Shown: one piece after another, positions 27,198-36,520 of the stretch
Layout: the number at the start of each line of letters is the position of its first letter
How positions within the stretch are numbered: position 1 is the stretch's first letter
Assembly (NCBI GenBank): GCA_902621855.1
Contig: CACNNQ010000002.1
Coordinates: forward strand, 239,984-303,983
DNA length: 64,000 nt
Source: an uncultured Alphaproteobacteria bacterium
Lineage (GTDB): Bacteria; Pseudomonadota; Alphaproteobacteria; HIMB59; GCA-002718135
Direction of reading: 5' to 3'
Made by a program: the position numbers and the translations under genes
Notes under the pieces: generated by a model
Told to the model about the DNA's origin: nothing
Database searches by the model: none
What the model saw: the letters and a program-made list of their open reading frames with translations, nothing else

Positions 27198-27545
27198 TTA
27201 ATATAATTTTATTCCGTTTTTTAATTTTTTCTCTGGGAATACTAAAATTGGTTCATTTTGATTATCAGGAACACCTAGAACAAGCACTTCTGATGTAATT
27301 TTCCCAATTTGCTTTGGTTGAAAATTGACAACCGCTATTACTTGTTTGTTAATTAAATCATTACATGTATAGTTGGATCTTAGTTGTGCAGAACTTTTTT
27401 TAATACCTATTTCATTACCAAAATTAATTTTTAATATTATTGATGGTTTTTTTAATTGATCATATTCATATGCTTCAACTATAGTACCAAGTCTGATATC
27501 AACTTTTTCAAACTCTTTGTAATGTATAAAATTTTGAGAGCTCAT
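27198..27545 (-). CDS. csaA: tRNA-binding domain protein (CsaA-like)
   Basis: 115 aa. Motifs VDIRLGTIVEA, ...KINFG.EIG.KKSSAQL and VVNFQPKQIGKITSEVLVLG. Confidence 0.7.
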   Translation of the reverse strand: MSSQNFIHYKEFEKVDIRLGTIVEAYEYDQLKKPSIILKINFGNEIGIKKSSAQLRSNYTCNDLINKQVIAVVNFQPKQIGKITSEVLVLGVPDNQNEPILVFPEKKLKNGIKLY

Positions 27546-28078
27546 TAAAATTTTACAAATTTTTCAATATTGTTTAAATATTTATCTAAAACACTCATTG
27601 TTTTTTCTAAACTTTCATTTTCATCATTAAACCAAGTAAATAGGGTTATATAATAAAGCGCAAAAATAATTTTAATTTTTAAAACACCCTGAATACCACT
27701 AGGATTAATATTTGCAAAAGTAGCAATTAAAATTTTGCTTTCAATTAATTTAGGAATAAGTTTTAATACTCCTTGTGGTCTATACATAAAATGATTAATA
27801 ATATTTTTTACAGAAGTTCTATATATATTTAATATATCATAACGTGCCATCATAATTTCAAATAACATATCTCTCTGTGATGACTTTTCTATATTAACAA
27901 GGTTTTTTTTTAATTGAAAATCAAAGAAGTCATTTATATTTAAGATTAAATCAATTTTGTTATTCATATTTGGCATTTTACTATTAGATAAAAAATTTTT
28001 AAGATTTATGTCTCTTAATTTTTTTTTCTCTAAATATTGTAAAGTTTTTTTTGCTAGAGATATTTTATTTTGATTCAC
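27545..28078 (-). CDS. Hypothetical protein, possibly COQ9-like / RpsU-divergently-transcribed family
   Basis: 177 aa, helical-looking. The assignment rests only on weak resemblance and alphaproteobacterial context. Confidence 0.3.
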   Translation of the reverse strand: MNQNKISLAKKTLQYLEKKKLRDINLKNFLSNSKMPNMNNKIDLILNINDFFDFQLKKNLVNIEKSSQRDMLFEIMMARYDILNIYRTSVKNIINHFMYRPQGVLKLIPKLIESKILIATFANINPSGIQGVLKIKIIFALYYITLFTWFNDENESLEKTMSVLDKYLNNIEKFVKF

Positions 28079-28890
28079 TTACCTTCACCTTGTTGTTTTG
28101 CTCTTGTGTATGCTGCCTTAAAAACTTGATTAAAGATATTATCAACCTTATTTATTTTCATTTTCTTGATTCCTGCTTCGGTTGTACCTCCTTTAGTTGC
28201 AACAGTTTGAACCATTTTTTCAGCAGAAATATTATTAGAGTTTAGTAAATTCAAAGAACCTCTAAAAGTTTCATTAATTAAAATTTTAGCTATGTTTTTT
28301 GGAAAACCTAAATTAATTGCAGATTTTTCCATAATATCTATTAGTTGAAATATGAAACCGGGACCACTCCCTGATACTGCTGTTGCTTTGTCTATAAAAG
28401 TTTCACTATTAAAAAAAATAGTTTTGCCACTCAAAGAGAACAATTTATCAATCTCTTTAATTTCTTTTTTTTTAATATATTTGTTCGTATAAATGCAATG
28501 AACGCCCTCTCCTATTAACGCAGGCATGTTTGGCATTACTCTTACAATTTTGTTAATATTTAATAAATTTTTTTTATAAATTTCTGTTTTTTTGCCAGCT
28601 ATTACACTTATTGCTATAGATTTTTTATTAAAATTTTCATTTTTTAATTCTTTAAAAACATTTGTTAAGTCAAGAGGTCGAGTTGCAAATATTATATAAT
28701 CAAGATTGTTTTTATTATCTATATCATTAATTGATTTAAAAAATTTTATCTTCTTATTTCTATTTCTTTTTTTAAGAATTGAATATTTTTTTTTATCTAT
28801 AACGCTGATGGTATAATTCTTAGAGTTAGACCATCCAGACATTAAAGAGCCTCCCATATGACCGCATCCAATTAATAAGATATTTTTCAT
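28075..28890 (-). CDS. proC: Pyrroline-5-carboxylate reductase
   Basis: 271 aa. NAD(P)-binding LLIGCGHMGGSL and C-terminal ATKGGTTEAG. Confidence 0.85.
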   Translation of the reverse strand: MKNILLIGCGHMGGSLMSGWSNSKNYTISVIDKKKYSILKKRNRNKKIKFFKSINDIDNKNNLDYIIFATRPLDLTNVFKELKNENFNKKSIAISVIAGKKTEIYKKNLLNINKIVRVMPNMPALIGEGVHCIYTNKYIKKKEIKEIDKLFSLSGKTIFFNSETFIDKATAVSGSGPGFIFQLIDIMEKSAINLGFPKNIAKILINETFRGSLNLLNSNNISAEKMVQTVATKGGTTEAGIKKMKINKVDNIFNQVFKAAYTRAKQQGEGK

Positions 28891-28922
28891 ATATCTATAA
28901 TATAGCAGTTTTATTATAAAAA

Positions 28923-29411
28923 TTAAGCTCTACCAATAACTTCAAAATTAGAAAATTTTATAGCTTCTTTAGGAGGAATATCATCAAAGAGAACTTGCTG
29001 AAAGCTTGGATAAAATTTTTCACATTCATAAATTCCAATATCAACAAGATCTTCAAATTTTTTGTGCAATGTTTCTGTTGAGTTATTTGATAATAAAGTA
29101 TGTCTGAAAGCTGGAATACCATTTTTACTTGTTATATCGAAATGCCCAATCCATAAGTTCTCATTTATAAGTCCTAGTAGTTCATACGCTTTATTGAGTT
29201 TAGTTTCAGGAAACTTAATATCAAAAGTTATTGAAAAACTTAGTGCATTGATATTTTCAGACCATGTAAAATATAATCTGTAAGCGCACCAATGGGATGC
29301 TATCTCAGCAACCAATTCATGATCAGCAGCTCTACTAAAATTCCATTTTTTTTGATGAATAACATCTTCAACGATATCTATGGGATTTAACAATATATTC
29401 TCATTTTCCAT
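28923..29411 (-). CDS. YbjN-domain protein
   Basis: 162 aa with the pattern ...LINENLWIGHFDI....IPAFRHTLL. Adjacency to proC is common in alphaproteobacteria. Confidence 0.55.
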   Translation of the reverse strand: MENENILLNPIDIVEDVIHQKKWNFSRAADHELVAEIASHWCAYRLYFTWSENINALSFSITFDIKFPETKLNKAYELLGLINENLWIGHFDITSKNGIPAFRHTLLSNNSTETLHKKFEDLVDIGIYECEKFYPSFQQVLFDDIPPKEAIKFSNFEVIGRA

Positions 29412-29519
29412 ACACTATGTAGTCATGGCACATAAAATTAGTACTATATATTGATTACTAGATTGGACTCGTATTTTGCAAGGCAAAATCTATAAAAAAT
29501 GTGAATTAATTGAGGATTC

Positions 29520-29810
29520 CTACCTTTTTGATTTCTTTTTAATAGTTTTTTTCTTTTTGACTGTCTTTTTCTTAGATTTTATTGATCTTGCAGATGTTTT
29601 TTTTAATTTTTCATTTTCCATCATAACTTTTTGCACCATTTTTTTCAGTGCCTCAAATTCATCTTTTTTAACGAGGTTCATTTTTTTTATTATTTTGTTA
29701 ACCCGTAAAGATACAATTGTTTCAATCTCCTCTTTGATACCTGAAAAAGTGCTCATAGCATCAACTGCAAATTTTGATAAATCGGAAAGTATTTTGTTTC
29801 TATCAACCAT
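29520..29810 (-). CDS. ubiK: UbiK/YqiC (BMFP) family accessory protein with a Lys-rich tail
   Basis: 96 aa. Coiled-coil core ...NLVKKDEFEALKKMVQKVMMENEKLKK. Preferred over the low-complexity opposite-strand ORF 29476-29817. Confidence 0.6.
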   Translation of the reverse strand: MVDRNKILSDLSKFAVDAMSTFSGIKEEIETIVSLRVNKIIKKMNLVKKDEFEALKKMVQKVMMENEKLKKTSARSIKSKKKTVKKKKTIKKKSKR

Positions 29811-29833
29811 GCTATAATATTAAATATAGATAA

Positions 29834-30624
29834 ATGAATTTTATTCAACCATCAATAGATCCTGCCATCTTTTCTATCGGTTTCATTGAGATAAGATGGT
29901 ACAGTTTAGCATATATCTTAGGTTTTCTATTAGGGATTTATATTATTAAAAGATTAAATGCAATTTATGGTAATCAATACAGTAATAAAAATCTAGATAG
30001 CTTTCTTATTTGGGCAGTATTCGGTGTAATTATAGGAGGACGAACAGGTTATGTTATTTTTTATCAATTTAATAAATTTTTAACTAATCCTTTTTACCTG
30101 TTTGAAATTTGGAATGGAGGTATGTCATTTCATGGTGGATTGACCGGTATAATCATAAGTACCTTAATATTTGCAAAAATTAATGGAAAAAGTTTTTTCT
30201 ACCTATCTGATTTAGTTTCAATTGTTGCTCCTATTGGATTATTCTTAGGAAGAATTGCAAACTTTATTAATACAGAGCTTATAGGTAGACCAACCGATTT
30301 TTATATATCAGTTATTTATCCATCAATAGATAATATACCAAGACATCCTTCACAAATATATGAAGCTATTCTTGAGGGAATTATTTTGTTTCTAATATTA
30401 TTAATCTATTTTTATAGGATAAAAAATACAAAATTTATGGTGTAATTAGCGGTCTATTTTTAGTATTTTACTCCATATTTAGATTTTTAATTGAATACAT
30501 CAGAGAACCAGATTTGCACCTAGGATTATTTTTTAATTTTATTTCAATGGGTCAAATACTATGTATACCTTTTTTTATTTTTGGAATATTGATAATTCAA
30601 AATGTTAAGCAAAAGAAAAATTAA
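29834..30624 (+). pseudogene. lgt: Prolipoprotein diacylglyceryl transferase, reading frame broken by an apparent 1-nt deletion in an A-run
   Basis: The N-terminal 203 codons (29834-30445) stop at ...RIKNTKFMV*. The conserved C-terminus GVISGLFLVFYSIFRFLIEYIREPD...SMGQILCIP continues in another frame, 30418-30624. One extra A in the run 30421-30426 restores a protein of about 263 aa. Confidence 0.85.
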
Positions 30625-31654
30625 TAAAATAAAACTTCTTAACAATAAAAAAGATTTTCGTTTGGATAAATTTATAGAATTGGCTCTTTTCTCACGTAAT
30701 GGTTATTACTTAAGAAAAAAACCCATAGGGAGAAAATTTGACTTTATTACATCTCCAGAGATTTCACAAATGTTTGGAGAAATTATAGGTGTGTATTTAC
30801 TTTATAATTGGAAAGAAAAAATTAACTCAAAATTTAATTTAATTGAATTAGGTCCAGGGAATGGAACCTTGTTTAAAGATATAGAGAGAACAGCACAGAT
30901 ATTTCCTAACTTTTTTAAAAATGCTGATGTTAATTTTATAGAAATTAATAAAGAATTAAGAGAAATACAAAAAAAGAATTTAAAATATTTTAGACAATCA
31001 AAAATTAAATGGTCTAAAACTTTAAATTTCAGATCCAAATTGCCTTCAATAATATATTCAAATGAATTTTTTGACTGTTTTCCAGTTAGGCAATTTTTGA
31101 ATGTTAATAATCATTGGTTTGAAAGATATGTAAAATTTAATGAAATTGAAAATAAATATTATTCTATAAATAAACGAGTAATTAGTAAAAAAATATTAGA
31201 CTATTTAAATAAATTAAAAAAACAAAATATTTATGAAGTTTCTTATTCAAGGAATAAATACTTTGAGCAAATTTGTAAATATCTAAAAAAAAATAGAGGT
31301 ATTTGTATTTTAATCGATTATGGATATTATAAAAAATTAAAAAACTTTACATTACAAGCAATATATAATCATAAAAAAACCAGTATATTTGAAAATATAG
31401 GCCAACAAGACATTTCAAGTCATGTAAATTTCAATGAATTAATTGAAATAGCAAAACAAAATAAATTACAAATCAACGAATTTGTTACACAAAGAGATTT
31501 TTTAATAAAATATGGAATACTAGAACGAAAGAAAAAATTGCTAACTAAAAATTCAAATTTAAATAAAAATTTATTAGATGAAGAAGTGGATAGATTAATT
31601 AATAGTGAAAGGATGGGAAACTTATTTAAATGTCTTATTGTTTCTAACTTATGA
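30602..31654 (+). CDS. SAM-dependent methyltransferase, MidA/NDUFAF7 (DUF185) family
   Basis: 350 aa. SAM motif LIELGPGNGTL and the family-typical FFDCFPVRQF. Confidence 0.7.
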   Translation: MLSKRKINKIKLLNNKKDFRLDKFIELALFSRNGYYLRKKPIGRKFDFITSPEISQMFGEIIGVYLLYNWKEKINSKFNLIELGPGNGTLFKDIERTAQIFPNFFKNADVNFIEINKELREIQKKNLKYFRQSKIKWSKTLNFRSKLPSIIYSNEFFDCFPVRQFLNVNNHWFERYVKFNEIENKYYSINKRVISKKILDYLNKLKKQNIYEVSYSRNKYFEQICKYLKKNRGICILIDYGYYKKLKNFTLQAIYNHKKTSIFENIGQQDISSHVNFNELIEIAKQNKLQINEFVTQRDFLIKYGILERKKKLLTKNSNLNKNLLDEEVDRLINSERMGNLFKCLIVSNL

Positions 31655-32416
31655 TTTCTAAAAATTATTTTACACATGCAAACATTAAATCTTTTGTTAA
31701 AGCTGGTTTTTTTACTAGAAAAGGTGGAGTATCAAAAAAAGAAAACTATTCATTGAACTGTAGTTTAAACAGCAAAGATACTAAAGTAAATGTAAATAAA
31801 AATATTGATATTTGTCTAAAAAATTTAAATATCAAAAAGAAAATTAAATTTATTAGCCAAATACACTCCAACAAGATTGTAGAAATTAATAAAAAAAATA
31901 TAGATAAAAAATATTCTGGAGATGGGTTAATTACAAGCAATAAGCAAATAGCTTTAGGAGTTTTAACTGCAGATTGTTGTCCGATTTTTATTTTTGATAA
32001 AAATAGAAAATATATTTGCGCTCTTCATTCAGGTTGGAAAGGGGCATTAAAAAATATAGCTGCTAAAGGTATAGGATATTTTGTTAAACAAAAAATAATT
32101 AAAAAAAATATTGTGGTTCTTATTGGTCCTTGTTTGAGCTTTAAAAACTTTGAAGTATCAAAAGACTTTAAAAGTAAGTTTATAAGCAAAAATAAAAAAT
32201 ACTCTATTTTCTTCAAACACAAAAATAAAGACAAAGATTTATTTAATTTAAGAAGATTGATTAACTATCAATTTAAGGAATTGGGTATTAAAAATATATA
32301 TAATATTAACAAAGATACCTTCACAAATAAGAGAGTTTTTTTTTAGCCATCGAAGGGAGTCACAAAAATTTAGAGATACTGGAAGAATGCTCAATATCAT
32401 TGCATTTAATGATTAA
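31651..32416 (+). pseudogene. pgeF: YfiH/PgeF family (purine nucleoside phosphorylase / peptidoglycan editing factor), frame broken at a T9 run
   Basis: The ORF 31651-32346 ends ...KRVFF*. The conserved C-terminus SHRRESQKFRDTGRMLNIIAFND follows in the next frame, 32345-32416. Removing one T from the run 32336-32344 fuses the two parts (FFSHRR motif). Confidence 0.75.
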
Positions 32417-32463
32417 TTTTGGTTGATCTATTATTATTCTAATGTAGTAATTAATTTGATTAT

Positions 32464-33399
32464 ATGAAAATAATCGCCTGTAATAGTAGCAAATCCCTAT
32501 CAGAAAAAATTTCTAAACATATTAATGTGCCGTTAGCAGATGCCTCTGTTAGAACTTTTAATGATAGAGAAATATTTGTAGAAATAAATGAAAATATTAG
32601 AGGTGAAGATGTGTTTATTATACAATCTACATCACATCCGGCTAATGACCATTTAATGGAACTTTTAATTACAATAGATGCTGCAAGAAGGGGGTCAGCA
32701 AAAAGGATTACTGCTGTTATCCCATATTATGGATATGCAAGACAAGATAGAAAGACAGGACCTAGAACACCAATCACTGCTAAACTTGTAGCAAATTTAA
32801 TTACATCTTCGGGCGCTGATAGAGTTTTAACAATGGATTTACATGCTGGTCAAATTCAAGGTTTTTTTGACATTCCTTTAGATAATATTTTTTCTGTAAG
32901 ACCGATAATCGATGATGTTAAAGAAAAATTTTATGGAAACAAAGATTTAGTTGTTACTTCTCCTGATGTTGGTGGTGTTGTTAGAGCTAGAGCTTTTGCT
33001 AAAAGATTAGAGGCTGGACTGGCAATTGCCGACAAAAGAAGGGAAAAAGCTGGTGAGTCTGAAGTAATGAATATCATCGGGGATGTAAAAGATAAAACTT
33101 GTATCTTACTAGATGATATAGCTGATTCTGCAGGCACGTTATGCAACGCTGCAGAGGCTCTGAGTAAAAATGGAGCTAAAGAAATTTATTCTTATATCGT
33201 TCATGGTGTACTATCTGGGGATGCGCTAAAAAAGATTGAAAATTCAAGCATAAAAGAATTGGTTTTAACAGATACAATAGAGCCTTCTAAAGAGGTAAAA
33301 AGCACAAAAAACATTAGACATATTAGTATTGCTCCTTTAATGGGTGATGCGATTAAAAGGATTAACACTGATACTTCAGTGTCCGCCCTTTTCGATTAA
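32464..33399 (+). CDS. prs: Ribose-phosphate pyrophosphokinase
   Basis: 311 aa with motifs [21 protein letters not shown] and [12 protein letters not shown]. Confidence 0.95.
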   Translation: MKIIACNSSKSLSEKISKHINVPLADASVRTFNDREIFVEINENIRGEDVFIIQSTSHPANDHLMELLITIDAARRGSAKRITAVIPYYGYARQDRKTGPRTPITAKLVANLITSSGADRVLTMDLHAGQIQGFFDIPLDNIFSVRPIIDDVKEKFYGNKDLVVTSPDVGGVVRARAFAKRLEAGLAIADKRREKAGESEVMNIIGDVKDKTCILLDDIADSAGTLCNAAEALSKNGAKEIYSYIVHGVLSGDALKKIENSSIKELVLTDTIEPSKEVKSTKNIRHISIAPLMGDAIKRINTDTSVSALFD

Positions 33400-33411
33400 A
33401 ACATTTATTTT

Positions 33412-34089
33412 ATGAGTGATTTTAAAGCAATTGAAAGAAATAAAGATATTGGTTCAAACCACAGTCTTTTAACAAGAGGATTAGTTCCTGGTATTATATA
33501 TGGTAAAGGAACTGAGCCTAAGAAAATTGCTCTAGAAGATAAAATACTAAAAAAATTAATGGGTACTGGTTCTTTTTATTCAACAATTATCGATCTTGAT
33601 GTCGATGGAAAGAAAGAAAAAATACTTCCCAAACAATTACAATATCATCCTGTAAGTGATCAACTTATACATTTTGATTTTCTAAGAGTACAAGAAAATA
33701 CAAAAGTAAACGTTGAAGTTCCTGTTGAATTTTTAAATCAAGATAAATGTCCTGGTTTGAAAAAAGGTGGAGTTTTAAATACTGTTAGAAGACTTGTTGA
33801 ACTAACGTGTAATGCAAATAATATACCTAACAAACTAGAATTTGATTTAATTGAAAGTGAAATAGGTGATGCAGTAAAGATTAGTAATATTCAACTACCT
33901 GAGGGAGTTGCTCCTACTATATCAGATAGAGATTTTGTAATAGCTACTCTAGTACCTCCAACTGTAGAGGTTGAAACTAAAACAGAAGAAGCAGCCGAAG
34001 AAGGTGCTGCGGAAGGTGGTGAAGAGAAATCAGAAGAAAAGAAGGAAGGATCTTCTGATAATAAAGAAGAAAATAAAGAATCTAAGTAA
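33412..34089 (+). CDS. rplY: 50S ribosomal protein L25 / general stress protein Ctc
   Basis: 225 aa with an L25/Ctc core (GLVPGIIYGKG..., HPVSDQLIHFDF) and an acidic C-terminal tail. Followed by pth as usual. Confidence 0.85.
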   Translation: MSDFKAIERNKDIGSNHSLLTRGLVPGIIYGKGTEPKKIALEDKILKKLMGTGSFYSTIIDLDVDGKKEKILPKQLQYHPVSDQLIHFDFLRVQENTKVNVEVPVEFLNQDKCPGLKKGGVLNTVRRLVELTCNANNIPNKLEFDLIESEIGDAVKISNIQLPEGVAPTISDRDFVIATLVPPTVEVETKTEEAAEEGAAEGGEEKSEEKKEGSSDNKEENKESK

Positions 34090-34110
34090 TTTTACTTTAT
34101 ATTTCATTTT

Positions 34111-34671
34111 ATGTATTTAATTTGTGGACTTGGGAACCCAGGTATAAATTATAAAAATACCAGACATAACGTAGGTTTCCTTTTGGCTGACAAAATAATC
34201 ACGCATTTTAATTTAGATAAAATCAAAGAAGATAAAAAAAAAGAATTATATTCAGGGGTAATAAATGACCACAAACTCTTTGTAATAAAACCGCTTACAT
34301 TCATGAATTTATCTGGGAAAGCTATTTCAGAAATTGTAAATTTTTATAAAATAAAATTAGATAATATCTTTGTTATCCATGATGATCTTGACTTAGATAT
34401 ATCAAAAGTAAAAATAAAACAAGGTGGTGGAAATGGAGGTCATAATGGTTTGGAAAGTATTGATCAATTTATAGGTGAAAATTATTATAGAATACGTATT
34501 GGAATTGATCATCCTGGACATAAAGATTTAGTTTCAAGTTATGTTTTAAATAAATTTTCAAAATCAGAAGAAGAAATAATAAATAAAAAAATTGATAAAA
34601 TAGTAAAAAATATAGAATTAATATTTTCAGATATTCCTCTATTTTTAACAAAAATAAGTGAGCAAAATTAA
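34111..34671 (+). CDS. pth: Peptidyl-tRNA hydrolase
   Basis: 186 aa with motifs GLGNPGINYKNTRHNVGF and GGHNGL. Confidence 0.9.
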   Translation: MYLICGLGNPGINYKNTRHNVGFLLADKIITHFNLDKIKEDKKKELYSGVINDHKLFVIKPLTFMNLSGKAISEIVNFYKIKLDNIFVIHDDLDLDISKVKIKQGGGNGGHNGLESIDQFIGENYYRIRIGIDHPGHKDLVSSYVLNKFSKSEEEIINKKIDKIVKNIELIFSDIPLFLTKISEQN

Positions 34672-34673
34672 TT

Positions 34674-35774
34674 ATGGGATTTAAATGTGGGATAGTTGGA
34701 TTACCAAATGTTGGTAAATCTACTTTATTTAATGCTCTTACCCAATCAAATAAAGCAGAAGCTGCAAATTATCCATTTGCAACTATAGAACCAAATATAG
34801 GAAGAGTGGCAGTACCTGATGATAGATTAGACAAACTTGCAATCATTGGAAATAGTGAAAAAATAATCCCTTCTTTCATGGATTTTGTTGATATTGCAGG
34901 ATTAGTAAAAGGAGCCTCACAAGGAGAAGGTTTAGGAAATAAATTTTTAGGGCACGTTAGGGAAGTTGATGCAATAGCACATGTTGTTAGATGCTTTGAA
35001 GATACTAACATTACTCACGTATCATCAAAAATTGATCCACTAGATGATATTGAAACAATAAATTTAGAATTACAATTGGCTGATCTTGAAAGCTTAAATA
35101 ATAAAAAAACTAGTTTAGAAAAAAAATTAAAAGCAAATGATAAAGAAGCTAAACATCAATTTGAGATAATAAATAAAATCTTACAAATGCTAGATGCTAA
35201 TAGTATCTTAAAAATTGAGGAATTCGCTAGTAATGAAATTGACTTTGTAAATAGTCTAAACTTAATTAGTCTAAAGCCTACTATGTACATATGTAATGTA
35301 GATGAAGAATCTATTCATACTGGAAACGAATTATCAAAAAAAGTCATCGAGTTTGCCAAAAAAAATAATCATTCTGTAGTTTTAATCTCTGCATCAATAG
35401 AAGCACAAATAGCAGAATTAGATAATGAAGAAGAAAAATTTGAATTTCTAAAAGAACTTAATTTAGATCAAACAACATTGAATAAGGTTATAAAATCCGG
35501 ATATGAACTTTTAGGTTTGATAAACTATTTTACATGTGGTCCAAAAGAAACAAGATCATGGACAATAAAAAAAGAAACACTTGCACCTCAAGCTGCTGGA
35601 AAAATTCACACTGATTTTGAAAAAGGGTTTATTAGAGCAGAGACTGTCTCTTATGAAGACTATGTAGAAAATAATGGCGATGCTGGAAGTAGAGATTCGG
35701 GAAGGCTAAGACAAGAAGGTAAAGATTATATCGTCAAAGATGGCGATGTAATGAACTTTTTATTTAATGTCTAA
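34674..35774 (+). CDS. ychF: Redox-regulated ATPase YchF
   Basis: 366 aa. GIVGLPNVGKSTLFNALT, ...ANYPFATIEPN, and a C-terminal TGS-like domain. Confidence 0.95.
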   Translation: MGFKCGIVGLPNVGKSTLFNALTQSNKAEAANYPFATIEPNIGRVAVPDDRLDKLAIIGNSEKIIPSFMDFVDIAGLVKGASQGEGLGNKFLGHVREVDAIAHVVRCFEDTNITHVSSKIDPLDDIETINLELQLADLESLNNKKTSLEKKLKANDKEAKHQFEIINKILQMLDANSILKIEEFASNEIDFVNSLNLISLKPTMYICNVDEESIHTGNELSKKVIEFAKKNNHSVVLISASIEAQIAELDNEEEKFEFLKELNLDQTTLNKVIKSGYELLGLINYFTCGPKETRSWTIKKETLAPQAAGKIHTDFEKGFIRAETVSYEDYVENNGDAGSRDSGRLRQEGKDYIVKDGDVMNFLFNV

Positions 35775-36520
35775 GTGACGTCTCGCCAAAGTCTGTTTTT
35801 TGCTAAGTACACAATTGTTCCTAGAATAATAAAGAATAATATTACTTTGATTCCTAAATTTTTTCTTTCTTCCATTTCTGGTTCTGCAGCCCAGTGAAGA
35901 AAATGCGTTACATCAGCCGATAACTGTTCTGCATTATTATCAGTGCCATCATCATAATCTACACTTCCATCGGCTATAGGTGCTGGCATAGCTATTTGAT
36001 TTCCAGCCATCCATTTATTGTACCACATTCCATTACCGACCTCCATTCCCTTTGGAGGTTCAACATAACCTAGAAGTAAGTTGTAAATATAATCAACTCC
36101 ATATTTTCTAGCTTTTGTAATTACACTTAAGTCTGGAGGATATGCTCCATTATTATTTGCTCTTGCTTCGTTATCATTGGCATATGGATTAACAAATCTG
36201 TCTGCTGGTCTAGCCGGTCTTTCAAACATTTCACCATCATCATTTGGCCCGTCTAATACAGTATATTCAGAAGCAATTACTTTTACTTGAGCTTCGGAGA
36301 AACCAACATCAATAAGATCTCTGTAATACAGAAGTTTCATTGAATGACACCCCGCACATACTTCTCTATAAACTTTATAACCCCTTTGAATTGCAGCTCT
36401 ATCAAAAGTTCCCGTTACACCTTTAAAAGACCAATCATGTTTTGGCATTTTTTCGGTACTCATTTCCGCAGCAAATATATTTGAAGAGAATAATAAAAAA
36501 ATTATAAGTAATAGACGCAT
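35771..36520 (-). CDS. petC: Cytochrome c1 (bc1 complex)
   Basis: 249 aa with a signal peptide, heme motif CAGCHSM and a C-terminal TM anchor. Confidence 0.85.
   Translation of the reverse strand: MRLLLIIFLLFSSNIFAAEMSTEKMPKHDWSFKGVTGTFDRAAIQRGYKVYREVCAGCHSMKLLYYRDLIDVGFSEAQVKVIASEYTVLDGPNDDGEMFERPARPADRFVNPYANDNEARANNNGAYPPDLSVITKARKYGVDYIYNLLLGYVEPPKGMEVGNGMWYNKWMAGNQIAMPAPIADGSVDYDDGTDNNAEQLSADVTHFLHWAAEPEMEERKNLGIKVILFFIILGTIVYLAKNRLWRDVT

Noticed and set aside
29473-29489. A small hairpin ATTTTGC-aag-GCAAAAT downstream of ubiK.
   Set aside because: It has a 7-bp AT-rich stem, a 3-nt loop and no U tract on the transcribed strand. That is within chance expectation for AT-rich DNA.
29523-29603. 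The lysine-rich tail of UbiK (KKTSARSIKSKKKTVKKKKTIKKKSKR) and the acidic/lysine tail of L25 (about 33970-34086), considered as possible functional add-ons.
   Set aside because: Low-complexity K/E/N-rich extensions are common by-products of AAA/GAA-rich coding in AT-rich genomes. There is no specific evidence for function.
29476-29817. A plus-strand 113-aa ORF overlapping the minus-strand 96-aa ORF.
   Set aside because: The plus-strand product is F/L/I-rich low complexity. The minus-strand product has a UbiK/BMFP-like coiled-coil core and the usual position next to lgt.
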